Positions 35,211 through 47,224 of a stretch of DNA of 61,509 bases are shown one piece after another. This stretch comes from Raillietiella orientalis (taxonomy: Eukaryota). A program made the position numbers and the translations under genes. Position 1 is the stretch's first letter. Each line of letters opens with the position of its first letter. The notes beneath the pieces were generated by a model. The model worked only from the letters and a program-made list of their open reading frames with translations. It was not told the origin of the DNA and searched no databases. Location of the stretch: positions 1-61,509 of the forward strand of contig JAYWIR010000150.1 of the NCBI GenBank assembly GCA_036172245.1. The letters are read 5' to 3'.

Positions 35211-37325
35211 CGTAAAGCATTCGAATGCGTCGACCAGAATCTCTTGCTGCAGCTTTTGGAACGCTTGGGCTTCTCTGCGTCATTATTGGCCTATCTGCGC
35301 TCTAGGTGACGCGATTCGCAAATCATTGTTACTTTTAGCAGGCATACCGTTCACGGCGTGCCGGTGCGACGTGGAATCCGGCAGGAAGACAGTCTGAGCC
35401 CCTTGCTCTTCAGTACCTACTTTGAGATGGTACTGAGAGCGTACAGGGAAACTCTGGCGCACCTGCCTCATGAATGCGCCGGAACGCCTTCGGTTTCAGC
35501 ATATGCGGACGATATTCTGCTGCTGCTCCCTATGTCCACCTTGGCTTCGGTGGTCGAGAAGTTCTTCGACCTGCTGAATCGAGGAACCGGGCTTACGGTT
35601 AAAAGAGCGAAGTCGTCCGTGATGCCAGATGGTGATGCGTGGGCAGGGAAGCAGGACTGGGTCCATTTGGAAATCCCCACGGTGAGGTACTTCAGGTACC
35701 TTGGTGTGCCTTTGGAGGACAACTCCCCTGCGGAAGCGTGGTCCGGTTGCCTTCAAAAAGTAGAGACGGCTGTCGGCCTGTTCCGAGGCGGCAGGTTTTT
35801 CTTGCCTGAACGGGCCGCGGTTTGGAACATGTTCTAAACTCCTCCCCTCCGTTCCCTGCTTTTTGTTTGTCCCCCCACAGAGAGGATCAAAACGCGGACA
35901 AAGGACCTCCTCCGTATCGCCCTTTGGGGCAACAGAAGGGCCCGAGTCCTCTTGAAGGACTTGTGGGCACCGCGTCGGGACGGTGGTCTCGGCCTCCTGA
36001 CATTAAGCGGCTGGAGCTGCAGCTCCAGTTCCGGATTTTGGCACTTGTGCCGGAGTTGTGGTGCACCTGTTGGTGCGTCCCTGCACGTCTGCTCCTTCAG
36101 CAAGCCACCGACAAGACGGGACTTACGTCGTTTCTTGCACTCTATCAAAGCCGCATCAACCGATGTGGGCTTCAGCTACGAGGGGGGCTGCGCTGGCAAG
36201 GAAACATCAAGGATGGATCACCTGTCTCCCCGTGAACGGTAGTGCCTGGTTGCAGGAAACCGTTCGTACGTAAGGACAGTTAGGCATGCAACCCTCCCAT
36301 CAGGAACGAAGGTTCCTGTTTGGGTGTTACAGAAGGTGCACGCTTTGTGAGATCGTGGAGTATCCTAAGAAGAGAGCGTGGTCAGGAAGAACCCCCCTCG
36401 CTGCTGCGCTGGACTCCCTAGTGGAACAACAGCACAGCGATGTTGCGGAGAAGTGAGAGGTTACAATAAAAATCTCCGGGAAGGAGAAGAAGCAGAGAGA
36501 GTGGAAGACGGGCCAGCTAACTGATGTTGCGACACCGAGTACGCCTCCTAATAGAATTCTGCGCTGGGGAGCGCTGCTGGATGTTCCGATTGAACATCTG
36601 AAGTGGCCCGCGATTCTTATGAACACTTCCATCCTCCCCCTAAAATGGCAACAATCGGCATTCCTGTTGCAGCACTGGGGACTGCCCTGCAACGCCCGTC
36701 GACACCACTGTACCTGGGGAGCGGTGGATCCTAATTGTGTGAGGTGCGGAGAACAGGAATCCTTCCCCCACCTCCTAGTGGATTGTGATGCCCTTCCGCC
36801 CCTTTGGTTCCGCTTTGCCGCGGCCATCGGTATCCCTTGCTGCAACCCCAGATACGCACTAAAATCCTTCTTCGTTGCCGACGCCCTGCAGCCAGCGTCC
36901 TCGATAGCAGCCTTGTGCTGCCTTCGTGGGATCGTCGCCGACTGGTCACGGCGACGGGAGGACCTAGCGATCAGGAAGCCATGCAGTGCGCCTCCGAATT
37001 CCTGAGGAGGGCGTCGCGATGGCCCCACCTGGATGTTTACAACAAACAAGAGCTTGCCAGCATCCTGAGGGGGATGATGCGGCCCCAGCAGCAACAGTGA
37101 TCCCTTCCCGTTCCCTCCCACCCTTTGTGTTTTTTTTTTTTTTTGTTTAGTTTTTTTGTTTTTCCCCTCTTCCCTGCTGCCTTGGTGAACCGTACCGGTC
37201 TAGAAACCGGTGAATTGGCAGGCGTTGTGGTTCTTAGCTTCTGGCTGGAGCATTGGAACTGCCATTAATAATTTGTTTACAAAGTTTATTTTTTTAATAA
37301 ACGACCCGGAGAAATCCGGGTGAAA
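35211..37325 (+). mobile_element. 3' part of a lineage-A LINE (RKAFE to 3' end); inverted counterpart of 5455-7570
   Basis: AYADD, RYLG, CVRCGEQESFPHLLVDC; terminal motif 37296-37325. Confidence 0.9.
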
Positions 37326-38939
37326 ATCGAATGATTTGCGCAAGTCGACCGCGTCTGCAAAGGCTTCCGCCGAGTCCCTCCCACCCTCCATCCGGTGTTC
37401 CTGGTCAGAGGGGAGCACAAGACTCCCTTGACCTTCATGGGCAACGCGTTGTCGCAACTGCCACCATGTTCTGGCGAGAAGCAGGTTGGCCTCCATGGTT
37501 CGTCCGGGAACAGCATAGGTCTGCTCGGGACTCACCACGGAAGCGGCCACCCGCCTCAAACGCTCAGCCCACAACTTGGCATACAACTTTGCGTCCGCAT
37601 TCACTACTGTGATGGGACGCCAGTTGCCAATGTTGCGTAAGTCTCCTGTCTTCGGTAGGAGACGTACTTTTGCTGACCGGAACGAGGCGGGAACTTCGCC
37701 GTGTTCGCGGATCAGCGCACTTAACCTGAGCACCAGGGGGGCCAGCTCTGGCGAGAAGTGTTTGTAAAACTCCGCGGGCAGCCTGTCCTCCCCTGGTGCC
37801 TTCCTGTTCTTCAGCCTGTTGATGGCGGAGACGACCTCCACCATCGTGAACGGTTCTCCGAACCAGAAACGATCCTCCTCCTTGAGCGCGGGGAGGCTAT
37901 CCTGCAGCAGGCGCTGCGCGAAATGGCGCTCCGGTATTAGTGGCGCGTCCAAGGAGTAATAAAACTTCCGCACGATGCGGCTTACCTGAGCTAGGCTGGA
38001 GCGTTCTTGGCTCTGATGGTCCAGCAAGCAGGCCGAGCCTGACTGCCAGGCCTGCCTCTCCGCCTCAGCTTTGAATTCCGCCAAGCGACGGACGTCAGGA
38101 CGCCTGGAATACCTGCGGTTATGAAGGTAGGCCCTCTCGTTCCTGACCACATCGCCGAAGCTAGGCGGAAGACGTTCCAGGGGAAACTGGTCGCAAAACT
38201 CGCGGACTGAGCACTTCATTTCGTCACAGTCCGCGAGCGTCTCAAGATGGAATCCTCGCAGGAAGGCGCGTAGAGGTTCCGCCGCTCTGCGAGGCGCAAC
38301 CAGTCCCCTGGCAGGCGCTACGTTTTCAAGGAAGGGCCCTTATTCCGCGGATGCAACTCGAGCACGAGCCGTGGATGGTCGGACAGCTCTGCCGGGAGCG
38401 TTCCTCGAGTTCCCACTTTCGTGCACAATTGGTTGCCGAGGAACATGTGATCGATGTTCCGATCTCTCCCGGCATCACCGGCTAACAAGTTGCGCGCATT
38501 CATTGCTGCGCACAACTCGTTGACCAGTTGTGCACGACTGCTGGGCGCACCTGCAAGCAGGAGGAGATTGAAGTCGCTCGCGATGAGGTGCGCCCGCCGT
38601 ACGCTTGCTTCAGCCAACCAGTCTCGCCGCAGGGATTCGAAGAACGCAGTGCGTTCCTCGGCCCTGTGGCTGCTCACCGGAGCGTACAGGTTCGTCACCA
38701 CGAAATCGATCCAGTCGGACCACTTTAACGCAAACTGCCCAACTCGACTGTCCTCGTCGAACCTGACGCTGCGCAGTGCGTTGTCGACGGCTGGCTTAAG
38801 CATAAACGCCACTCCGGAGGAGCGGTCGTTTCCGTTCCTCCACAGTAGCCGCCCTTCTGCGATGCTTTCGATTTCCTGGAAATCTCCTGCTCTGAGAACG
38901 TGCGTCTCTTGCAGGAGCACCAGGTCGAAGTCTCGCAGC
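37326..38939 (-). pseudogene. APE-RT fragment; inverted copy of 3841-5454
   Basis: ORFs 37200-38219 and 38318-39037 mirror 4561-5580 and 3743-4462 (coordinate sum 42780). Confidence 0.9.
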
Positions 38940-39828
38940 ATGATGCGTGGAATCGCCTCTTGCCGGCAGCTGCGTATAGCCTGTTGAAATGTCAACGGGC
39001 TGCGTAGCGAATGCAAGAAGCGTAGCGTGGCCGACACCCTGCGACCTTTCGATCTGGCACTTCTTCAAGAGGTGCATGCCCTGAGAGCAGAGGACGTTCA
39101 GGAAATCGAGAGGCTCACACGGGCTAGGCTACTTTGGCGTGGTGGAGGAGACCACTACCGCGGAGTGGCCTTCCTGCTAAAGCCGGCCGTCGCCAATGCA
39201 GTGCGCAGTGCACAGTTCGACGAGGAAGGTCGAGTCGGACAACTTGTCCTTAAGTGGTCCAAATCGATCGACCTCGTAGTCACGATCCTGTACGCGCCCT
39301 GCACCAGCCACAGGCTCGCAGAACGCACTGCGTTCTTCGAAACCCTGCGGCGAGACTGGCTGGCCGAAGCAGGCGTGCGGCAGCCGCATCTGATAGCGGG
39401 AGACTTCAACGTCCGCCTGCTGTCGGAAGCGCCCGACATACAAGCACAATTGGTCAACGAGTTGTGTGCGGCTATGCACACACGCAACTTGTTGGCCGAT
39501 GAAGCCGGGGCGAGAAGCAGAATCGACCACGTGTTCCTCGATTACCACTTGTGTACGCGGGTGGGGACACGAGGAGCAATTGCGTCGGAGCTGTCCGATC
39601 ACCCTAGACTAGTGATCAACATTCATCCGCGCGACAGAGGTCCACCATTTGAAGCGTGGCGCCTGCTGAGGGACTGGTTGCGACTCGCAGGAGCGCGCGA
39701 ACATCTGCGTGCATTCCTGCGTAGTTGCGAACTGCAGACTCTCGCTGACTGGGTCAAAATAAAACGCTCAGACCGAAAGTTCTGTGACCATTTTCCCCTC
39801 CATCAACTTCCTCCAGGTTTCGGCGATG
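38940..39828 (+). pseudogene. APE fragment; inverted copy of 2951-3840
   Basis: ORF 39027-39857 with LLQE, YAP, GDFN, SDH. Confidence 0.9.
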
Positions 39829-42782
39829 CCACCCGGAAACGCCGGGACGTTTATTAAAAACATTATGACGGTCAATACAGAACGTGGTACAAGGCCCCAC
39901 TGACGGCCACGCAATACCGGAACTGCCGGGACACCGGGACGCAGCCCGGTGTGGCTTTCCTCGGCAGTGGAGGGGGATGGGGGAGAAAACAAAAACAAAA
40001 TAAATAAGAAAAACAAACCACAAAAAAAAAAAAAAAAAAAAATTTGGAGGGCCGGTAACGGATCACAGAAAACTGCTGGTAGCGCCCATCCTTTGCTATA
40101 TGCCTTCTAGTTCCATTTTCAGTTTTCCTAGATGGAGCCATCGGAGAGCTCTCTGCAGGAAGCGAGAAGCATACTCGATGACGTCCCTAACGATGCCGCC
40201 TTCATCTTCGGCATCACTCCAGGCCGCCACGATACCACGAATGCAGCAAAGTGCTTTCAGCGCTGCAGCTGGACTGAGGGCGTCCCGCACGAAGACAAGA
40301 CTGAAGACACATCCAACATTGCCACCATCCGGTATCCGAAGGACCGTTTTCAGACGATCCCAAAGAATCCGGACGGCAGGGCATTCAACTAAGAGGTAGG
40401 GGAGCGTCTCCCGCTCCCCACACCTGGCACACGCAGGATTTACTCTTCCCCGCGTCCAGTGGGAGCGGCGCGCGTTGCAGGGTAGACACCAATGCAGCCA
40501 CAGAAGCGCCGATTCCCGCCACTTCAGGGGAAGAATCTTGGATCCAAGTAGAACTGGGGGCCACTTCAGGTCATCCAATCGAATGCCGAGCAGCTCGCCT
40601 CAGCTTCTAAATCCACGCAACAGGAGACTAGGGGTCGTTGCATCTGTCAACTCACCCATGGTCCAGGCGCTCATCATCGTCTCTCTGCATGCGAAACGGC
40701 AGCAGACTTGCCACCTTGGCTTCCGGCTTTCGTAAAGCGCCCTATGAACGAAGGACATCGCCGTAACAAGGGCTGTGCCTTCCGCCCACGTGCAACTCGT
40801 AGGAAATTCAAGAATTTCACGGAGAGTTCGGCGGGCGTAAAAGCCGACTCGCAGGCAGTTCATCCGTTCTTCGCACCTCTGGTTCTGCTTGGCCCAGGTG
40901 CCAGCAGTCTCTTCCATCCAAGCGAAGGAGTTGACAGGGCCTCAAACCATCCAGTCGTTCTCCATTGCCAGGGTTGTTATGCGGCCGAGCAGTAGCCTGC
41001 ATCTTCGAATCTTCCGGCCAGGGCACAGAAGAAACGATGCGAGTCCTTCGCAGCGGGACACACGCCTGGCCAGGAGGCGGGCAGGAATGTACCAAGCGGT
41101 GCTCCACATCTTCGCTGCGATGGCGAGGTTACGCCATAGCAGCTGGATTTCCACACGCTTCAGCGTCAGGATGCTGAGATCGCCGTCCCGACGCGGAGCG
41201 CACAAGTACTTCAAAGGGACTCGGGGCCTCCCCTTGCCCCAAAGAGCTATGCGCAGGAGGTCCTTCGTACGCTTTTTTGAGTCCACGGGGGCGGGGCAAA
41301 CAAAAAGCAAGGGGCGGAGGATGGAAGCCGCGAAGGCGTTCCAAACCGCGGCCCGTTCCGGCAAGTGAAACTTGCCTTCCAGGAACGGGTCGATCGCCGT
41401 CTCGACTTTTTGGAGGCAGCTGGACCACGCTTCCGCAGGAGAGAAGTCCCCCAACAGCACACCGAGGTACTTGATGCACCTCACCGTGAAGATCCCCAGA
41501 CGGACCCAGTCCTGCTGTCCTGCCCACGTCTCTCCAACTGCTAACACTGACGACTTTGCCCTGTTAACCTGTAATCCGGCCCCACGGCTAAGCAGGTCGA
41601 AGAAATCTCCGACCGCCTTCGCCGGGGTGGACATAGGTAAGAGGAGCAGAAGTTCATCGGCATACGCCGCTACGGCTGGCGTGCCGGGGCACGAGCTCGG
41701 CAAGGGGGCCAAAGTCACCCTGTACGCTCTCAGCACCAACTCAGCGTAGGTGCTAAAAAGCAGGGGGCTGAGGCTGTCGCCCTGCCTTTTGCCCCGCCGC
41801 ACCGGCACGCCATACGCCTTTTGTCCACTGAAAGTAATTGAGATTATCGCGTTCCGCCAGCAAGAGCGCAGGTTGGTAAGCAAGGAGGGTGGGAAGCCCA
41901 TGCGACCCAGGAGCTCCAAGAGGAGTTCCTGGTCAACACAGTGGAATGCCTTATGGAGGTCGACTGCGATCGCTAAGACCCCCTTCCCAGCATGAGGGTC
42001 CTTATTCTGTCTCACTGGCGGCCCCAAAGTAGGGTTGCAAAGTTTTCCTTTCCCTTCTTTCTTACTCCGCTGCGCGTGCATCCATGTGCTCGCGAAGAAG
42101 AGGTTGTCCTCCATACTTCGCCCGGGAACAGCGTAAGTCTGCTCCGGGATAATTATGGATTTGGACACCTGCCCCAATCGCGACGCCCACAGCCCGGCAA
42201 TCGACTTGGCGTCCGTGTTCACAAACGTGATCGGACGCCAGTTGCAAAGTTTCCTGAGGTCTCCTCCATTCGGGAGCAGCCTCACATTGGCTGACCGAAA
42301 CGAGGCGGGAACATCGCCTTCGTCTCGGATTCGCCTTGTCAACTCAAGCACTAGGGGGGACAGCTCTTCCGCGAAACTCTGAAAGAACTCCGCGGGCAAG
42401 CCGTCCTCACCTGGCGACTTACGCCTTTTAAGCCTTTTGATACCGGCGAGAATTTCGCCGATCGTGAAAGGCTCATCGATCCTTTCTCTCTCCTCCTCCC
42501 CTATCGCCACGGAACCACTCATGAGCAATTGCCGCGAGCCGTCTTGTTCGGGTGGTGTTTTGGCGTAAAGGGAGGAATAAAAACACCGCACGAGATTCCG
42601 TACCGCAGACGGGCCGAACGTTCCCGGCCCAGGTGGTCCAGCATGCTGGCTGACCCGGATTGCCAGGCTTGTCGCTCGGCTCCGGAGCGGTATTCGGCCA
42701 GGCGACGGACATTGGGGTTCCTCTCGTGACGACGCGCGTGCAAAAACGCGCGTTCGTTGCGAGTCCCTTCGTCGAATCCCCG
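39827..42782 (-). mobile_element. 3' part of a lineage-A LINE; inverted copy of 1-2952
   Basis: 549-aa RT ORF 40942-42591 (YADE); terminal motif 39827-39855. Confidence 0.93.
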
Positions 42783-45222
42783 CTGTGGAGAGCGCACGTG
42801 CTTTTCCTGCGCTCCGCCTGCGTGGCCAAGCGAGTGTTTTTTCTTCTTAAGTGATTTGTGCCTGCACATCGTCGGTGTCCGATGGCAGCGTTGCCAGAGG
42901 ACACCGCGATGGAAGTCGGCGTGATGGAGGCTTGTTCGTCCCCACATCCTACTGGATCAGGGGCATCCGCCCCAGAATCGTCCCCGGCGACGCCGAGGTC
43001 CTGGAAAGCCATGGTAGACGCACCTAGCGTGGAAGCCATGGCCGAGATGGAAGCCTACAAGAAAGCAGGGTATAAACCCTCGTTAGTCTACATGGTAGGC
43101 AACCTTTTCGATGGGCGAACTGCACGCGCCTTTACGAAGGCGCTGCAGGACGCCAATATTTTTGAAAAAGATCTCGACGGCCTCTGCGTCCTCAGCGGCG
43201 GGCAGCGGGTCGACGTGGTATGCAAGGATATCACCTTGGCCCGACGCCTGATCACCGACCCGCTGATCGTTGATGGTCGCAAGATCTTGCCGATAACGAT
43301 GGACCGCTCAGTGGTGGTCCATCTCACTGGGATCTCAAGTCGCATGACGAGGTCAGCGGTTCGAGAACAGCTTCAAAACCACGGAGAAGTGCACGCGTTG
43401 TGGCCGAAGTCCACGATTTTCCAAGGCTACAATAGCCTTTTCGGAGGTCAAGCTGCGGCGCGTATCACGGTAAAAGAGGGTGGTGCGCTTCCCCATAAGC
43501 TGGAGGTCTGCCAAGAAGCGGTGGACCTCTGGTACGTGGGAAAACGCCAATTTTGTGGCTACTGCAATGCAGTAGGGCATCTACGAAAAAGGTGCCCGAA
43601 CATTGTGTGCCACCTATGCGGCGAAAAGGGTCACGTTCGGCGCGTGTGCCCCAAGCGCCCCACCCCGGTGCCCCCTGCCGCCAAAAAGGCGCAGGGAAAA
43701 CGTGGAAAGCTGGTAGAAAGACCAGCTCGCGAAAATGGCCGTTCCCAACTGCCAGCCTCCCTTCCTCCCGTACAGACGTCGGAGGAAATAGCTCCCGTGG
43801 ACGCGGGAATGGAGGAGGGTTGGCAGCTGGTTCAGGCCAGAAAAGAGAAAAAAAAGAAAGCGATGCCAGAAGAAAAGACGGAGGAGAAAACCGCCGGCAA
43901 CAAGAAAAAAGCCGCGCCGCTTTCAAAAAAAAAATCCGCAAATGCTCGGTGGGACTGGAACGCTTAGCCGTTCCTGCCGAGTCCGCCCGCGGCAATGTTC
44001 GCGGAACAGCTGATGCGGACGCGATGAATACTCGCGTGGACGAGCCCAATCTACGTGTAGAGGGTGAGACGCGAGTCTCGGGCGGCGACAGCCAGGACGC
44101 CGCGCTCGATAAAGTGGCGGAGGAGCCCGCGGCAACGTTCGCCGTCAACGATGACGCCGCGCTCGATAAGGTCGCGGAGCAGTCCGAGGCAACGGTCGCC
44201 GCTGGCGAAGACGCGGCCTTCGAGAAAGCGGCGGAGGAGCTCGCAGCAACGCTCGCCGAGCGCGAAACCCCGTCGCGCAAGGGCGTACGCAGGTCGGCTC
44301 CGACGAAGAAGGCCCCCGCAGGTGAGTGCGACCTGGGGGCCGGAAGCGGATCCTCCTCCTCGGAGGCATCCCCCAGGAAGTCGGGACGCAAGTCCCAGAA
44401 ACCCAGGAGGCGCCTCCCCTCCACCAGCGAGGAGGAGAAACCGGAAGGAAGCGGCAGCGTGGGAATCCCGGAGGGGGAAATCCTACGCTCGGAAGCCGTC
44501 GAGCCGGCCACCCCCATGGAGGAGGGTGAGCAGGGGGGCAAAGTCCTGCCTGCAGTCGCCGAGCCTGAACAGCCCGCCCCCATGGAGGAGGGCCAACAGG
44601 TAGGCGCGACCCCACCTAAGGGTGACCCGCTCGACGCGCCGTTACCCATGGAGGAGGAGGAAAAGGTGCCTTCAGTACCTGTCCCTCCTCCCCCTCCACC
44701 TAGCGTTCCGCCGCAACAGGTGGCGGACGCCGCATCGCCATCTTCCCAGGAATAACACCTGGGCTCGCCAGTCGCCGTCGGATTCGCGCCGCCTGTTGGA
44801 ACGTCAACGGGCTGCGCGACTACGGTAACAGCCGAGATACGGCCGACACCCTGCGTGAGCTCGACCTGGCCCTGCTGCATGAGATCCACCTGATCACCGC
44901 GGCAGACGCCCAGGAGATCGAGATGATCGCGGGGGGTCGGCTGTATTTGCGGTGCGGCCTCCGCAACTCCTGCGGGGTCGCGTTCTTCGTCAAGCCGGCC
45001 ATCGACGCGGCAGTGAAGGGCGCGCGCTTCGATGACGACGGTCGGGTCGGTAAGCTGATTCTCAGCTGGTCCGACCCGATCGAATTGATCGTCACGAATG
45101 TGTACGCCCCCAGCGGTAAACAGGGATACAGCGACCGTACCAGGCTGCTGGATTCCCTGAAGCGCGACTGGCTGGCGGACACGAACGTGCGGAAGGCTCA
45201 CCTGATAGCGGGAGATTTCAAT
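42783..45222 (+). mobile_element. 5' part of a lineage-A LINE: ORF1 42882-44755 (frameshift in an A-run near 43930) and APE to GDFN
   Basis: GAGCGCACGTG 5' motif near 42790; CGYCNAVGHLRKRC, CHLCGEKGHVRRVC; CWNVNG, YAP, AGDFN. Confidence 0.9.
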
Positions 45223-45301
45223 CGAGTGCGGACGTGTTTTTCTTCGCTCTCGTCTCCGTGCTTTCATCCGCTTCATCTTGGCGTCGTACATTTTGACGAC
45301 G

Positions 45302-47224
45302 ATGTCGACCCAACTTGAAGCTACTGAAGTTGGAGGAACAGCATCCGGATCTGCAATCGCGGAACCGACGGCCGCCTCCACTTCGTCTTTCTCGCCAATG
45401 GAGAGGAGTTTTGCTGACGTTGCTGCCACAGCAGCCGTCAAAGGGAAACCACTCGACGAGTCGGAGTTGCGGGCATACGTAGCCCAAGGCTATAGACCTG
45501 CTCTCCGATATAAGGTGAGTGGCTTTCTTTCTGCGCGCGACGGGAATCAGTTCAACGATGAACTGACCCGTGTTGGCGTGCGGGAGGATGACCTTCTCGC
45601 CATTATGCCCGTAAAAGACATGGGCTATTTCAAGGTGCGTTGCAAAGACGCTGCACTTGTGCAACGCTTGCTGCGCACCCCGTTGTCGATCCGTGGCCAG
45701 AAGGTCTTCCCGCCCGCCATGGACGACTCATTTGTGGCGGAGATTTTCTACATCGAGTCGGAAATCTCCGATATTGATATTCGGAACGCGTTGGCGAAAT
45801 TCGCCACGGTCCATGCGCTGTGGACGATGCGTAGCAACCTCAAGGACTTCCCGTCCATACATAGCGGAGTCGCTGGAGTCCGGCTTACAATGCCGGACCG
45901 CCGTCTGCTGCCCACGAAACTACAGGTGAAAGACACGGTCGTTCACCTGTGGTTCGTGGGCAAAGTAAGAACGTACGAGCAATGCGGGAAGGAGGGGCAT
46001 TGTTTGGATAAATGCCCCTCTGGAAAATGCCGTTATTGCAAACTATCCGGGCATCAATTAAAAAATTGCCCGGATGCTTTGCGAAAAAAGGCAGCCGCGG
46101 AGCTCCATTTTAAAAAACAAAGCGCGGATAAAAAGAAAAAATCTGCGAAAAACCTGGAGTCCCCACGGCAGAAATTCCGAAAAATCGCGAGGTGGAATGT
46201 CGCCCTTAAGCAGCAGGAAACCTCGCACGCGAAGCCCTGCGCGCCCCTTCTCGCGGCAGGAAAGCCGAAAAAGAAAGGGTGCGAGGAATCGGGGGCAATG
46301 GTAAGTCCCCCTAGGCGCAATAGCTGTCCTTCCCAAGCACGCTTGGCTCTTTCGGAGTTCGAGCAACCGGCGGGGACGTCAATGGACAACGGCGGTAAGG
46401 ACACTTCCAGTACCGCCAGATCCATTCCTTCACCACCTGCAGTGGCTGAGAAGCTTAAATCGGGTAAGAAGGGTTGTGCCGTTTCGACTTCGAAAGTCAG
46501 GAAGAAAAAATCCACGTCGCGATCCAATACCGCGAAAGCGGAGAAAAATCTCACGCCGTCGCAATCGGAGAGCAAGCTCTCGACTGGCGCGGATGCCATG
46601 CCAACGAAGGGATTAAAAGCCCTTCCGAAGGCAGCGTCCATGACGAGCGTGTCGAAGCCATCCAAAGAACTCCCGTCCAAAGACGCGGATGGCTTCAAAG
46701 ATGGCAATGGAGCACAATTTCCATTTACGGCGCCACGCGATGTGAGGAACCGTAATGAAGTAAAGAAGACTTCAGCAAAGGTCCATCGTGCAACTGCGCG
46801 TGAGCACGCTGAAAACGCGCGCGCCGGGAAAGCAGCCGTCACCAAAAGCGATGCTCAGGTGACGGAAAACGAAAACAGGACAGCTGTCAATCCAGCAGAA
46901 CCTGTCACTGCTTCGCGGAAGGCCGAAACCCGATCGAACATGCGCCGGTCGGACTCCGAAATGGATGCCGTTCCGATCACCGAGACGAGGACAACTCGTT
47001 CGAAAGCGTGTGCGCGCCGATCAAAAGTAGGCAGCCAGGCAACGCTCGCCACGAAGCAACGCGGAGTCTCCACGAAACCCGACGGGGTTCAGCCTGGCGT
47101 GGAGGCATTACATGCATGCAGCACGACAGAGGACGGTGGCGACCGTTCCCTCCAGCCAGTCGTGCTGCTCGCCGTCTGCTCGCCGGATAAAGCGAGCAAA
47201 AAGCCGCCACCTTCCCAGCAGTAA
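45302..47224 (+). CDS. LINE ORF1p, open frame of 640 aa; first knuckle carries a Cys-to-Tyr change
   Basis: YEQCGKEGHCLDKC, CRYCKLSGHQLKNC; homologous to the ORF1 at 11890-13038/24301-24972; start ATG inferred. Confidence 0.8.
   Translation: MSTQLEATEVGGTASGSAIAEPTAASTSSFSPMERSFADVAATAAVKGKPLDESELRAYVAQGYRPALRYKVSGFLSARDGNQFNDELTRVGVREDDLLAIMPVKDMGYFKVRCKDAALVQRLLRTPLSIRGQKVFPPAMDDSFVAEIFYIESEISDIDIRNALAKFATVHALWTMRSNLKDFPSIHSGVAGVRLTMPDRRLLPTKLQVKDTVVHLWFVGKVRTYEQCGKEGHCLDKCPSGKCRYCKLSGHQLKNCPDALRKKAAAELHFKKQSADKKKKSAKNLESPRQKFRKIARWNVALKQQETSHAKPCAPLLAAGKPKKKGCEESGAMVSPPRRNSCPSQARLALSEFEQPAGTSMDNGGKDTSSTARSIPSPPAVAEKLKSGKKGCAVSTSKVRKKKSTSRSNTAKAEKNLTPSQSESKLSTGADAMPTKGLKALPKAASMTSVSKPSKELPSKDADGFKDGNGAQFPFTAPRDVRNRNEVKKTSAKVHRATAREHAENARAGKAAVTKSDAQVTENENRTAVNPAEPVTASRKAETRSNMRRSDSEMDAVPITETRTTRSKACARRSKVGSQATLATKQRGVSTKPDGVQPGVEALHACSTTEDGGDRSLQPVVLLAVCSPDKASKKPPPSQQ

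Larger units (their letters stand above)
35211..42778. repeat. Right arm of the inverted duplication (partner 1-7570)
   Basis: As above; for example 5659-6453(+) mirrors 36327-37121(-). Confidence 0.95.

Noticed and set aside
1..42778. Terminal inverted repeats of a DIRS, Polinton or foldback element
   Set aside because: The arms consist of nested LINE debris; no tyrosine recombinase, integrase, PolB or transposase is seen.
43465..45441. 658-aa minus-strand ORF (and similar ones, e.g. 55313-56710, 46054-46845, 3277-4326)
   Set aside because: Antisense shadows of GC-rich LINE ORFs or chimeras across junctions; no independent domain motifs.
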